A model generated the notes under the pieces. It made no database searches, was not told the origin of the DNA, and was given only the letters and a program-made list of their open reading frames with translations. The position numbers were made by a program, and so were the translations under genes. Below, in pieces: positions 12,501-24,448 of a DNA stretch of 64,000 nt (positions are counted from its first letter, which is position 1; every line of letters begins with the position of its first letter). Source of the DNA: Zootoca vivipara (taxonomy: Eukaryota); the NCBI RefSeq assembly GCF_963506605.1, contig NC_083289.1:28396001-28460000 (forward strand). Reading direction: 5' to 3'.

Positions 12501-15500
12501 GCATACTGGGCAGGGGGGAGCTGTGCTGCATTGCCGGCGGCCTTTCCCCTTCCTCGTTCTCTCCCTTCCTGGCCTTGGGGGAGAGGACGGGGAACTACGT
12601 GCAGGGCAGGCACTGCTTCGGTGCACTCCTGCTGCCGTCTGCACCACACTCCTGGCTGCATACCATAAGGTCACGAATATAAGCCACACTTTACACGGTC
12701 GGAATTTGGGGGGAAAGTGTGGCTTATATTCAGGCCAACAAGGTATGCCTGTGTTGGCAGACATAAAGTAGCCTTGACACTGCAATGTGATTTATATGCC
12801 TTTATTTTTTGGTTGCAACAAATGAAGGTTTCCGTGTTGGTGGGTTCCGTGTCTGTGTTTTTTGGGTTGCACCCACATGCAGGCACACCTAGAATAGCAC
12901 CTGCCATTTTCCAGAAAAAGGTTTTGCTGCTGTCTGGGAGTTGGGTGTTTGGGGATTAGACATCCATAACCACTAGAGATTCCTTTTGCATGGGGCAGGG
13001 TGTCTTCATACAGCACCAGCAATGAAATGGACAGAAGCCTGAAATGGTTTATGCAGGCACCTCTATCAAACCCAAGGCTTGTTTACTGTCTTGTTGGAGG
13101 TGTGATGTTGAAGCTTCCTTTTTCCACAACTGCTCAGTGTGCTTGTGTGTGTCTTGTGCATGGACACCTGAGACAGGGTGGGCAGAGGATACCCAAGCAA
13201 GCTGCTTTCTTAGTAGCAACTGGCAAACAACCTTTGAGGGTAAAGGAAGGCATCAGCTGGGCCTTGCTCCACCCTGAAGATGACTCACCTTTGCCTTTTC
13301 GCTGGGCTCACTGGCCGTGCCATAAGGGGTGTTGTGCAGCTCCTTGGAAACAACACAAAGGAATTCGGCCTGGTCTTCATTCCCATAGTTATAGGAAGAT
13401 CCAATGCTGACTAGCTGGAGGTGGGAAAGAGAGACAACTGAGGGTGACTGTTCTTGTGCTTCAGACAGAACTTAATAAGGGATTACAACCAAAGCTCTGA
13501 CAGTCAACATTCTAGGCTATTAAATAAAGGTGGAGCTCTCTCCTTCCTGTTCCCACAAGGGGCATCTAGCATTAAGAGTGGCCCCTGTCCCTTCCTATAA
13601 TTCATGCTCAGGCAGAAGAGTGTGGCAATGTGAAGATAGGAGGCTTCAGTGTTTCACATGGAGTGTAAGCAGTCCTGACCACACAGAGCTTTGACTGTGT
13701 AAACACACAGCTACGAAACTCCTAGAATGTTGCACAGAAGGAAGACTGCAGGCCTAGAGCCATCCACAATGGATGTACAAAATACAGGCCCAGAGACAGA
13801 GTTGTGGGGAATCCACACTCTTCTTTGCTCTTAGAGAGCTAGTGCCTGTTGAGGGACAGTTCTGACCCAAAAAGATTTTTCTTGATTCCTTCTTCTGCTC
13901 TCCAAATCTTCATTAACTGAGAATCTTCCACCACAGAGAGCTGCGGTGCTTGTACAAACAAATACCCGTGATCCAATCAGTACTGCAATACTGATGGCAG
14001 GATCTGAAGCACTAGCCCTGACATGGCATCTTGGTGGACAAACATCACTACACGGCTACAGTTTGGAGCAAGCATCCCCAAACTGCGGCCCTCCAGGTGT
14101 TTTGGCCTACAACTCCCATGATCCCTAGCTAACAGGACCAGTGGTCAGGGATGATGGGAATTGTAGTCCAAAACATCTGGAGGGCCGAAGTTTGGGGATG
14201 CCTGGTTTAGAGCCTAGTTAGGAGAATTTCTAATTTTCCAACCAGAGCAGCACACACACACACAAACAGGTAACAGTGTTCATATCACCACCAGAGTTAA
14301 TTCCAGAGGACTATGCTTCCAAGAGCTCTCTATATAAAAAGTGGAGCAAAAGGATCCTTGCCTTGAAACGGCTACCTGGCACAGTGCTGGAAGAATGAAG
14401 TGCTTGGTGCCTGCTGTGTGATTTAACATGGAAATGCCAAGAACTAAGAGGCTGAGAGTATAAGCTGCAAATCAAGCATCTCCTAAGGCACAAGCTCAGT
14501 GGCATATCCAAAGGCTTATTCCCAGTAGGGAAATAATGATATTGTCCTTCTTTACAGAGTTACTTTAAGAAACAACTAGCATTAATATGTGACACACTTT
14601 AAGCAATCCGGCAAACTGCAGTAAAAGTACAAGATAATAATATTATTTGTCTGAGTTTCCTGACCATTCCAGGACCCAGGCCCACAACACCCAGAATTAT
14701 TCCAACTCTCACACTCCTCTCACCTGCTTTTTTGTTTGTTTGTATGGTCCTTGAAAGCTTGAACAGTTTGCTTCCTGTTCTCTTACCTGCTCAAATTTCC
14801 AGCCATCAGACATGGTGGAGACCATCTGAGTCAACTCCTCTTCCTGGCACTGCAGCACCCTGTAAACGTGCTTGACTGGCACCTTTGGTGAAAAACACAG
14901 AGAGACATTCATGAAATATGAATGGCCACTGGTTTCAACCATCATGTCTTCCAAATGAGCCCCTTCCCCGTTACCACTGAGCTCCAGAGTGCAAAAAAGC
15001 CCCTTGCCTCAGCCTCTGAGGCCTGCCCAGCCGGCAGTGAGATCTCTCTGCTGCCCTCCTCCCCTTGGCATTGCCACAAGCACAAACATTTCACTCATGA
15101 AAGGAAAAAGGGCATCTGATATCACCAGAAGCCACTTCTCATAATTCCCTCAGTTTGGGCACCAAACACAACCACACATTCTGAAATGAAGTCAAGCCAA
15201 GGCTATCTCAAAAAGAAATCTTTTTTAAAAAAACTAGCAGGTCCTACCTGTGAGATTTTGCTGTCTCGTTCCCTTATTTTGTCCTTTACAAGTTTGATTA
15301 AGGATGTGATGTTGTAGAATTCAGCTTCTTCAAGCACACCTGATTGGAGGGGAACACAAAGTCAAAAGAGGGCCTCATAAAACTCCAGCTGCTTGTGAGA
15401 AAGTCTGTGTCACCAACAGGCCCTGGGAGGCACTGCATGGCCAAGTGGCAGACTGTCCCTCTGAAGCGTTGCCCTGGTCAGGATGAGGCAAGGCCTCTGC

Positions 15501-18500
15501 TCCAAGACCAAAGCAGAAAGAGAAAGCCCAGGAGGGAGGAGATTGTTCCAGGTAGGTCATGCACCAGCCAACAACCTCCCCAAACACAGTGACCTCACAG
15601 CACTTCAGGTGCCAGAACCTGATTTCTAAAGGTCTCAAGATCTGAAGGCCACTGCAAGTTGCAGAGCAATGCTACAAACTAGCCCAGCCCAAACAGGCTG
15701 CCATGCTTTGCATATGTGGGACCAATTACACCCAAAGTGATTTTTCACAGCTGTGATCAAACATTAAAGCAGTTTTCCTAAACAGCAAAACATACCTTCC
15801 TCTGCGAGGTCTTTATTGATAACCAGTTTCCCGTGTCGGAGATAATTCAACACCGGTCCAAAGTAGGTTGGATCTCTGTCTATTAAGTAGGCACCTGTTT
15901 CATCCTAATTAAAATATGTATGTTACTTATTTATATAGAAATTGTCTTATCACACTTAAGCCATCCTATTCCCAAATCAGCCAACTAAATTAAAATACCA
16001 GATTAAATTAGTGTGAGACCCACAGAGATCCTGACATTCCAACCCTGACATCCCCTCATCCATGTCATAAATCAGAAGCTTCCACCATGGATTCAGTGCA
16101 CAGCATTAATGAATAATCAGAACTTCAGTTTGGAGGTCTTAATTGTGAAACAGAGCTACTACTCAGCTAGTTTCTCATCTGTAATCAATTACCGCAAGAT
16201 TTTGTGAAAATTAATAATTTGGCTCAAATGACAATCTATATTAATGTGGGGTAAGAAAAGCTTAATAACATTTATCCAAATGAAAACAATCCATTTCATT
16301 CAACCAGTAGTTATGGTCTTTATACTGAAAATAATAAACCTAAAATTGCAACCAAAGCAATAAAGCCCTCAAATCTCCGGGTTAGATTCCAGGCTTAGAA
16401 ATGTAATGAATGGTTCCTACAGTTCATAAAATGCACACTGACTGAGTTGAGGTATCCACTGCAGGAAGAGGGCTTTCTCCAATTCCCCCTGCAGACCCCA
16501 GCAATCTCCCCTACCCAAAGGTTCTGGTGGGTCCCTCAACCATCTGGAGCAGATTTTTGGAAGGCAAAAGGAACCGAACAGGAAATCAGCAAAAAATCTC
16601 CTCCTCCTGTCAAGAAGAGTGGCTGTTTAATAAAACATCAAAGGGGCTTAAAAGGTATTTTGTTACACATCTGAACAGATATATGATTTTGTAGAAGGTT
16701 GCCAGAGCCCTCTGAATTTACATTATTTTTATGAGCTGAACACAAAAATTCACCATCCAAAGCTCACAGCATTTTCCTGAACAACAATTTTGTTATTGTG
16801 CTTTCTCATAGGAGTGGTTCCAATTATTAAAATTGCCCTGATATCATTTGTTTTTATTACACTGGCTTCAATATTTGCAATTTATAATATTTAGAGGGGG
16901 GAAATGAGTTGGTGGGGGCATGGCAGAAGTGTATAAAATTATGCATGGTGTACACAGAAACCTCTCCCTCAAGACTCAGGGCCACACAACAGGTTGAACT
17001 TTTGAAGATTTAGGACAGACAAAACGAAGGACATTTCATTCATTTTTCCTTGATATAGAAATATGGATGCTGTGACAGTAATAATAAATAATAGTGAAAA
17101 TGCAAAAACAACACTAAAATAAAGGAAATCACAAGAACTGAATTTCCACTAGGATTTTTAAAAAAGAATAAAGGAAGGACTTCTTCACATAGCAACTACA
17201 GAATTTACTCCTGCAAGAAGTAGTGATGCCCACCAACCTGAACAGCTTTTTAAAAGGATTGGACAAATTTATGGAAGATACGGCTACCAATGGCTACTAG
17301 CCACAATGGCTATGCTCCACCTCCACTGTCAGAGGTGTTATGTCTCTGAAGCTCAGTTGGAGAGAAACCCAAAAGGGAGAGTGCTACTGCTGCTGTGTTC
17401 AGGTCATGCTTGTGGCCTATTCATTCGAGCACCTGGTGAGCCCAGGGTGCTGGACCACGATGGGCTCTTCCTATGTATTGTATGCTACTGCTTCTACGGA
17501 AACCACATTGAGAGTTTTTTACTCTGAAATGAGGAATCCAACAATAAATAAATATGGTGGCAGAATGCACTACAAAGATCATGGATCCAGTGTTTTGTGA
17601 CATTACCATACTGCAAAAACCTAGATTCTAGGTATGGTTCTTCTTGATTCTTAGAAAGCAGGTCACAAAAATCTACCAGATGCTCACAACCTGCATCCAT
17701 CCCCACTGTTTGCATTGAAAAACATAATATTCACTATCTTTCGCTTCTGCAGGGGCTAGAATGGTAGTTCTCAGGAAAAGAAGCTCAGCATTTTTTAAAT
17801 AGAGAAACTCAAAATCCACTGCATAATCACAGTCCACATCTAATACCATGACAGTTAACTGATATCTTATTTTAATTTTGGGGTTTTTTGATTGTATAGT
17901 TGTATAGTTTTATGCATTATTGTAAACTTTGATTTTTTTTAATGAAATAGCAGTATATAAGTATTCTTTTTATCCCATAGGAATATAGAGAAACATCAGA
18001 CACATTTTTACATGAAAATGCCCCAAATTCACTATCAAAAGACAATGAACATTATAAAATTGTAAAACTAGTAATATGTGATGCTTGTGGCGCAAAACCA
18101 ACAACAACTGGGAATGAAGAAGCACTGATCTTCATACATCATCTTTTTTTTTAAGAAATAGAACCCTTGACCACCTTTGTCTGATCATTATAGTTCACAC
18201 CTCTGTTTACTCACCACAAAAATCAGCTTCTTGTTGCTGTACACAGCCCATTTCTGATGGCCAGATCATGACAGATCCATGTAATGATTAAATGTAAACT
18301 CCAATCCCACTCTGGACATTAATGGATCAACAATTCAGTGTCTGTTCTGGTACTTCCAGGACATAACATACAATATTTGTAGCATGATGCTACAAGGTCT
18401 CTTGCATTCTTGTTGCACACTTCAGGCCAATAATTTTTTTGGTGCTCTCAGTCCATGCTGTGAAAATCCACACTGAAGGATCCAGGTCCTGTTGCATTTA

Positions 18501-21500
18501 TTGGTATCTTACAATAAATATACAGCCTACTTGTGGATGGATGGGCTTTGAGGATGCTAATTATCTCTCTAAGTATGCAACAACTGCATTGCAAAACTCA
18601 CAATTCTGGTGAGTCTTTGCACCACTAGCAAAAACATGAAACCTGGAAATGGCTTTTCTTGGATCTGAATGAGTTTTACTGTGGGTCTAATTTTTGGCAC
18701 CATGATGAACTGTGATTTTTATGGAGAAGCCCATGGACAAAGATAGGCATTGATTTGATAGTGGATTTGAGGCACCTTCATGTAAAAACCATGGATCCAT
18801 GAGAATCTATCCAGCTCCCCCCCCCCACTTCATTAGGCTTGCCACAGTTCCAAAGTTAGGAAGCAGAGTTTGGCACAGAGGTGTACAATGTGCAGTCCAG
18901 CAGCACTGGATTTTACTGACCCCATGATTTAAGAGCACAATCAAGAGCACAGCTCTATTCTTATCAGAAAACAAGTCTGAGTAGACTCTAATCTTGCACT
19001 GCTGAGCTTACTCAACTGATCTAATAAATATTTGCTCCATAAGGATCTGATTACTATTATGCTTGTGGTTGTGTGGCTAGAATTAGCCAAGCAATGGAAA
19101 ATACTACAGTGGGGAGGAAACTGTAGAAATAGCTTACTGTATCTGAGAAACTGACATACTGGGGTAATAGTCATACTGACACGACAAATTGTTTTTTTGC
19201 TTGGCAGTACTTATGCTACCGGTAATAGGAGCAACCTGAAAGGTGGACTCTCTCCCCCTGCTACAATTGTCTGATGAGCAAATACTGTATGGCAAGACAT
19301 ACTGGGAGACAGCTGTTTTGACAGTCTGATTTTCTTCGTGTATGCCCACTGTTTATGAAAGTAGCTACTCTACTTTTTCAATGAATATTTAAAAAGTTAA
19401 GTAAGAACCAGCATCGACAAACAACATGATCTAGGCAAGTTCAGACTTGCCCTCTGAGGCAATACACAAGGGGGGTTGGGTTATCAGCAACAAAAGGGCA
19501 AGGAGAGGTAGCTCACTTGAGTCATTAAAAGCAAGCTTAAGCTATGTGCCAACTGAGTCTTTTAGGACTGGAGTGCAATCTGACCACTGCCAAGGCACAA
19601 TTAACTAAGCAGCCTGGGGCACTATGAAGACTGTAAGCTTTTATGGACTAGTGTCTACCTCATCAGATACATTGCATGCCACTGCTAGATAGGTGTAGAG
19701 AAAGAAATACAAACAGTGAGATCATATGGAAATGAAATGCAAAAAGTGATGTCACATTAGCATTAAAGCTTAAAATCCAACAGTTTCACAACCCCTTTGA
19801 AGTTTTCTTATTCAAGTCCAGGAGCAACCAACATGGTGCCTTCCAGTTGTTGCTGAACTACCACTCCCAGCTTCCCTGACCATTTGTCACGCGGGCCGGC
19901 ACTGAAGCATGTCACAGTCCAACATAAGGAGGACACCAAGTTAGCTATTCCTGAGTTAGTCTGTCGGGAGCAGACTTCCTGCATGTTGCCTTCATCTATG
20001 AGTCCAACCAGAAGATAGAATAACAACTTTACTCCAGAGAAAAGGAGACAGCTCCTAGGAGCCAAGGTCTCCTTCGACCTCCCCAATAAAATATTGGGGG
20101 GGGGAGTTGATGGGCATTGCCATTCGAATGGTGTGTTACACTGCATCATGTGATCAATTATGAGGACTGGAGCTTACCTCCCCCCCAAAAAATATTTGAT
20201 TCAAGTTGGCATCCCTGCCCCAGAGAAAAGGAACCTGTCTGGTGAAGAGAAGTCAAGGCCTGGAGATGCCCAGAGCCCAGGTATGCAGAGTCTAGAGCAG
20301 CCTTTGCTAATCTGGTGCTCTGCAGATGTTGCTGGACTCCAACCCCCATTAGCTCCTGCTGCCAGCCATGGATGATCGAAGTCACACCCCACCAGCATTT
20401 GGAGAATCATAGGTCCCCCCACCCCTGGGTAAAACAAGAGAACCTTCAGTCTACTAAAAGAAGACCGGAGACAAAGCTGTTTTGAACAAGCCTTTTAGAG
20501 TGACTCTCAAGAAATACAGTCTCTTTCCCAAAGCTGATTTTCTGCATCAACAGTAAGTTTGATGGCCCTCCTAGATTTAAAAGTGAAATAATACTACCAT
20601 GTCTTGTTACTTCTGTTCTGCCTAAGAAATCTGTCTTTTGTCTAGGGTGTTAGAAACGTTAGGGTTATAAGTCAGGCTTTATTTTCTCAAATCATGAGGA
20701 CATAATCCCAGGTGGGTCACCTGGTTCATGTAGCCCCTGGGATGGAGTTTGGCCTGTATCTCCAAGCTAGAACTGAAACCAACCAGCTGGCCACATCAAC
20801 TATATTTAGGTTTGATTTTCCCTCATAAAACCTTGCTTTGTGTGTTAATATCTTGCTTGCTAGAGAGTTCTGATAAACTGAAAACGTCTCACACTTTAAA
20901 GACTTGTGGGCTTTGGTGGGGCCCAGCTCTTCAGTACTGGAGTCTCTCACTTGCAGTATGCCTAGGGACCAGCAGCATGCCCAGTGAGGCCCAGGTGGGC
21001 TTTGCACAGGCATAGGAAGGCTTCATTTTCTAGAAAGGGGGCTACCGCTGATGCTCCACTTCAGGCAGCAAGATTCTTTGAGCTGGCACTGAGATCTCCC
21101 TACAACCCCGTCGCTCCACACCCTCTGCTCAGTGTGGATCCCTCGTGAACTCGCAGTGCAACCCTATGCATGTTTCCTCGGAAGGAAGACCTACTGCGCT
21201 TAATGCATACTAATTACACATGCTCAACATTTAAAGTTGGCTGCCTAGATGCGGGAGAAAAGGCGGCCAACCACCCGGGTAACCGACCAGAAAGGAGCGA
21301 CCACGGTTAACGACGGCGCCCTGACACAAGCGGCCTGAGTGGCTCTTTCTCACGCAGAGGCCCGGCACTCCGGAAGGAACCGTGGCAACAAAGCGGGGGC
21401 CCTCCAGCCTAGTGCCCGCGGTGGGGCGGCCAAGCTATGGGGTCCTCGCCCGGCTTGTCCCCGGAGCACCTGAAGAAGTCGGCGGCGGCGGCGGCGCCCC

Positions 21501-21838
21501 CTCACCTTGTCGGAGTCGAGGTCCGGGTCGGCCTGGCAGAGGCGGAAAAGGAAGCTTTTGGGGTCCCTGCATAGCGTCTGCCGGGTGGTGAGGAAGCAGG
21601 TACCTCCCACGTTCAGCCGGACCCATTTCCCGGGCACGCCGCCCGCGACGGGAGGGGCCGGGGGAGCGAGGCAGCCCCCGCACGACGACGACGAGGACGA
21701 CGACGAAGGCGAAGAGAAGGACGACGACGACGAACTGGAGCTGCTGCTACAGCGCCGGCAGGAGGCGGAGGGAGCCCCGGACAGGCCAAGCCCTGCCGCC
21801 GGCACCACCGGCAGCTCACAGGAGCCCTCCGCCGCCAT
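6475..21838 (-). CDS. KCTD5: KCTD5, BTB/POZ domain Cullin3 adaptor; 6 coding exons, 261 aa
   Basis: Exons 21838-21506, 15904-15796, 15339-15248, 14882-14787, 13414-13289, 6504-6475. All introns GT-AG with consistent phases. Translation WVRLNVGGT...[35 protein letters not shown].../[32 protein letters not shown]/.../ILQERGSRM* matches KCTD5, and it sits next to PDPK1 as in human. Confidence 0.96.
6925..7092 (+). mobile_element. CR1 LINE 3' end fragment
   Basis: CR1 3' motif CCTTGGAGGTTTTCAAGCAGAGG...GGACTAAATGACC...ATTCTATGA. Confidence 0.75.
9741..9799 (-). CDS. KCTD5: Candidate KCTD5 alternative cassette exon encoding [14 protein letters not shown] (coding part 9799-9755)
   Basis: Long polypyrimidine tract plus CAG acceptor. 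In frame (phase 0) with exon 5, CpGs retained, stop TAA at 9757-9755, donor ATG|GTGAGC at 9740. Confidence 0.55.
12386..12743. mobile_element. Tc1/mariner-type non-autonomous element
   Basis: TIR CC(G/A)TATTGGCCC.AATATAAG; TA flanks; related to 36137-36624. Confidence 0.75.
13289..13414 (-). CDS. KCTD5: KCTD5 exon 5
   Basis: 126 nt, [42 protein letters not shown]. Confidence 0.95.
14069..14204. mobile_element. 136-bp hAT MITE (family with CAGGCATCCCCAAACT TIR)
   Basis: Palindromic; 8-bp TSD GTTTGGAG/GTTTAGAG; sister copies at 43927, 45473 and 56792. Confidence 0.85.
14787..14882 (-). CDS. KCTD5: KCTD5 exon 4
   Basis: 96 nt, [32 protein letters not shown]. Confidence 0.95.
15248..15339 (-). 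CDS. KCTD5: KCTD5 exon 3
   Basis: 92 nt, [31 protein letters not shown]. Confidence 0.95.
15796..15904 (-). CDS. KCTD5: KCTD5 exon 2
   Basis: 109 nt, [36 protein letters not shown]. Confidence 0.95.
17170..17530 (+). mobile_element. Degraded CR1-like LINE 3' fragment
   Basis: ...TTTAAAAGGATTGGACAAATTTATGGAAGATA.GGCTACCAATGGCTACTAGC... typical of squamate CR1 ends. Confidence 0.5.
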
Positions 21839-22230
21839 CCTGGCTGCGCGCCGGAAGGTCCGCTCTCAAAAGGCGTCCTCTCCGGGCCGTTGTCCCAGCG
21901 GGCTCTCTGAGAGCGCATGTGCGGCGGCGGCGATGTGGCTCCGCCCCCTACCGTCCGGAAGTGAGGGAGGAGAGCGACCCCTCCCCTTCTGCGGGCTGCT
22001 TCTCCTTACTGGGTGCGCCAGAGGGAAGAGGAGCGCAGGCGCTGATTAACGCAAACTCTTTGCCTGCTGGCCGCTTTTGGCATCCAACCCTCGCCTCGCC
22101 TGGTCTCCTCTTCATCTCCTCCGATGGAGGGGAGGCAGCGGGAGCTCTATGCGAGGAGACCGTGCGCGCAGACAGCGCTGTATTCTCCCGCCTCCCTGCC
22201 TGAGTTTGCGGGCGAAGCGGAGGGCATGTC
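21250..22230 (-). promoter_or_regulatory. KCTD5 CpG island promoter
   Basis: CpG-rich stretch spanning exon 1. ETS CCGGAAGTG at 21955-21963, GC box ~21940, NRF1-like GCGCATGTGC ~21913. Confidence 0.8.
21506..21838 (-). CDS. KCTD5: KCTD5 exon 1 (poly-Ser N-terminus and start of BTB)
   Basis: MAAEGSCEL...[41 protein letters not shown]|GTGAG. Confidence 0.95.
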
Positions 22231-22249
22231 AACACCCACACTATGCCCA

Positions 22250-23600
22250 CATTTATTTAGTTAAATTGAATTTCTGTACCGCCCTTCAGTTTTAGGCTTG
22301 CAGGGCGGTTTATAGCACAAAAGCACTTAACATAGCAGTAAACAAAAACAATAACCCACCCACCAAAATAATTTTAAAGACCTTGGATCAATCAGTCAAA
22401 GGCCTGGGAGAAGAGGAACGTTTTTGCCTGGCACTTAGTAATGAAGGCACAAGGCATAAAGGGGGAGCCTCTGCAGAAAAGGCCTGTTCTCATGTTGCTA
22501 CCAGTTCATATGAGAAGAGGCTGTCCTTGAGGTCCTGAGTAGTTTTAAAGGCTTTATACTTCTAGGTCAAAACCAGCACTTTGAATTGGGCCTGGAAACT
22601 TGCGTATTTTTAGTTGGGAAAGGATCGGTGTTATATGCCCAAAGCATATTGTCCTGGTGAACAACCTGACTCCTGAATTGTGCCCACTCATTTTCGAACC
22701 ATCTTCAGAGGCAGCCCTGCCTACTGGTATAACACATTGCAGTAGAGGTTACCAGAGCATAATCAACTGAAGTTAGGCTATTCCTGTATAGACAGGGGTG
22801 CAGCTGGGCCACCAGTCTGAAGTTGATGGTTAGAGCATAGTGCTAACAATGCCAAGGTCCTGGGTTTGATATGGGCCACCTACATATTCCAGCATTGCAG
22901 GGGGTTGGACTAGATTACCCTCAGGGCACCTTCCAATTCTATAGTTCTATAATTCTAAGGCACTCTGTGCTACTGAGACCACTTGAGCCTCAAGTGACAG
23001 CAATGGATCTAGAAGTACCCTCAAGCTGTGCATTGGCTCCTTTAAACTCCCTCAAGAGCAGGCAACATCCCATCCATCTGGTCTAGGGAACTGCCTCAGT
23101 CTTACCGGGATTAAGCTTCAGTTTGTTGGCTCTCATCCAAGCAATGGCCAAGGCATGACAACAATCCAGCACATCCACTGCCTCACCTGCAGATGTAAAG
23201 GACTAGAGCTGTGTGTTGTCCACATATTGCTGATAGCATACTCCAAAATTCCAGATAACCCCTCAGCTGCTTCATGTAGCATGGGGGATAAAATCGAACA
23301 TGAGGAACCCCGCACTGAAGGCTCCACAGAGCTGAAGAGCACTCCCCAAGCATCACCCTCTGGAAATGATCATGCAGAAAGTGGTGACAGCCACTCCAGA
23401 AGGATACCATGGCTGATAGCATTGAAAGCCACTGACAGGTCAAGGAGAAGAGGCACATTATCTCTGTCAGCAGAGGAAATCATACAGTGCCATAAAGCAG
23501 TTTTTGTGCCAAAGTTGGGCCTAAACCCCCGACTGAAATGGATCTGGATCACATTGCCTGGACTGGCTTGGGGCTTCATGGTTAGTAGAGTAACACATGG
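22250..23600 (-). mobile_element. Degraded L2 LINE (RT to 3' end) between PDPK1 and KCTD5
   Basis: Minus-strand translation GFRPNFGTKTAL...LLLDLSVAFNAISHGILLEWL resembles L2 RT; an L2-like 3' tail lies near 22250-22330. Confidence 0.7.
22826..22957 (+). mobile_element. tRNA-head / CR1-tail SINE inserted into the L2
   Basis: TGGTTAGAGCA...GGTTTGAT head; CR1-like tail ATTCTATAGTTCTATAATTCTA. Confidence 0.6.
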
Positions 23601-23979
23601 CAGGTGTTTTGCTGCCAGGGTGGGTGGAAATGTCCTTTGTGGGGGGGCGGGGTATAGCACTGGCTACGTTCTCATGAATACACTTATCTGATGTTGGCCA
23701 TTACAGCCCTAATTTCTTCGAAACGTTAGCCTTAAACCTAAAAAGCAGCTTTTAAAATACCTTGGGGGGGGGGAGTAATGTTTGACACTGCAGGCCTTAC
23801 TCTAATGCAGCCTGTGTGTTCTTTTCCCACTCAGGACCCAGCAGCCACTTATGGACCACATTATGACAATAAATGGCCCTCACACAAAAATGGGGCTGGG
23901 AACTGGAGACCAACCTCCTTTCACCTACCCAGCTCCTGAAAAATAAGTGAATTATGCAAGCCAATGTGGATTGTGGGAC

Positions 23980-23984
<5 letters not shown>

Positions 23985-24059
<75 letters not shown>
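23985..24059. repeat. (GA)n microsatellite
   Basis: ~37 perfect GA units. Confidence 0.95.
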
Positions 24060-24061
<2 letters not shown>

Positions 24062-24294
24062 CTAATCCATTGACAGACTGATACAGGAAGTCATGGATCC
24101 ACCAGGATTTTGCTTTAAAGATAGATCAACATTTTACTTCAGCAGTTTCCAATATAATTCCACAGGACATACTGGCAATATGTAATGCAGATAGGGGAAT
24201 TCAGAAGTTTTGAACCATGGAATATGCAATGTTTACTTATCCAAACCTAAATTTGCTTTGCTATTTTGGGAACATGAATGAAGTGCAGATATGT

Positions 24295-24448
24295 TTTATT
24301 CAAACATGCAATACAAATGTTGTGTGTTAGAGATGAAACAGCAAGCTGCTGCATCTCAAGTTATAAAACTCTTAGGTTTTGCACTTAGAAAGAAATGAGG
24401 AAATAAAAAAGTTGAAACAATCACCATAATAAACAGGAGGGTTTTATT
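24295..24448 (-). terminator. Candidate PDPK1 polyadenylation signals (AATAAA at 24448-24443 and 24300-24295); 3' UTR ~3.5 kb
   Basis: Two tttatt on the plus strand at the end of an AT-rich UTR-like region. Confidence 0.5.

Noticed and set aside
21507-22049. 180-aa plus-strand ORF with a poly-D/E tract
   Set aside because: Antisense shadow of KCTD5 exon 1; the acidic run is the reverse complement of the poly-Ser codons.
23155-23691. 178-aa plus-strand ORF between PDPK1 and KCTD5
   Set aside because: Antisense of a decayed L2 reverse transcriptase remnant.
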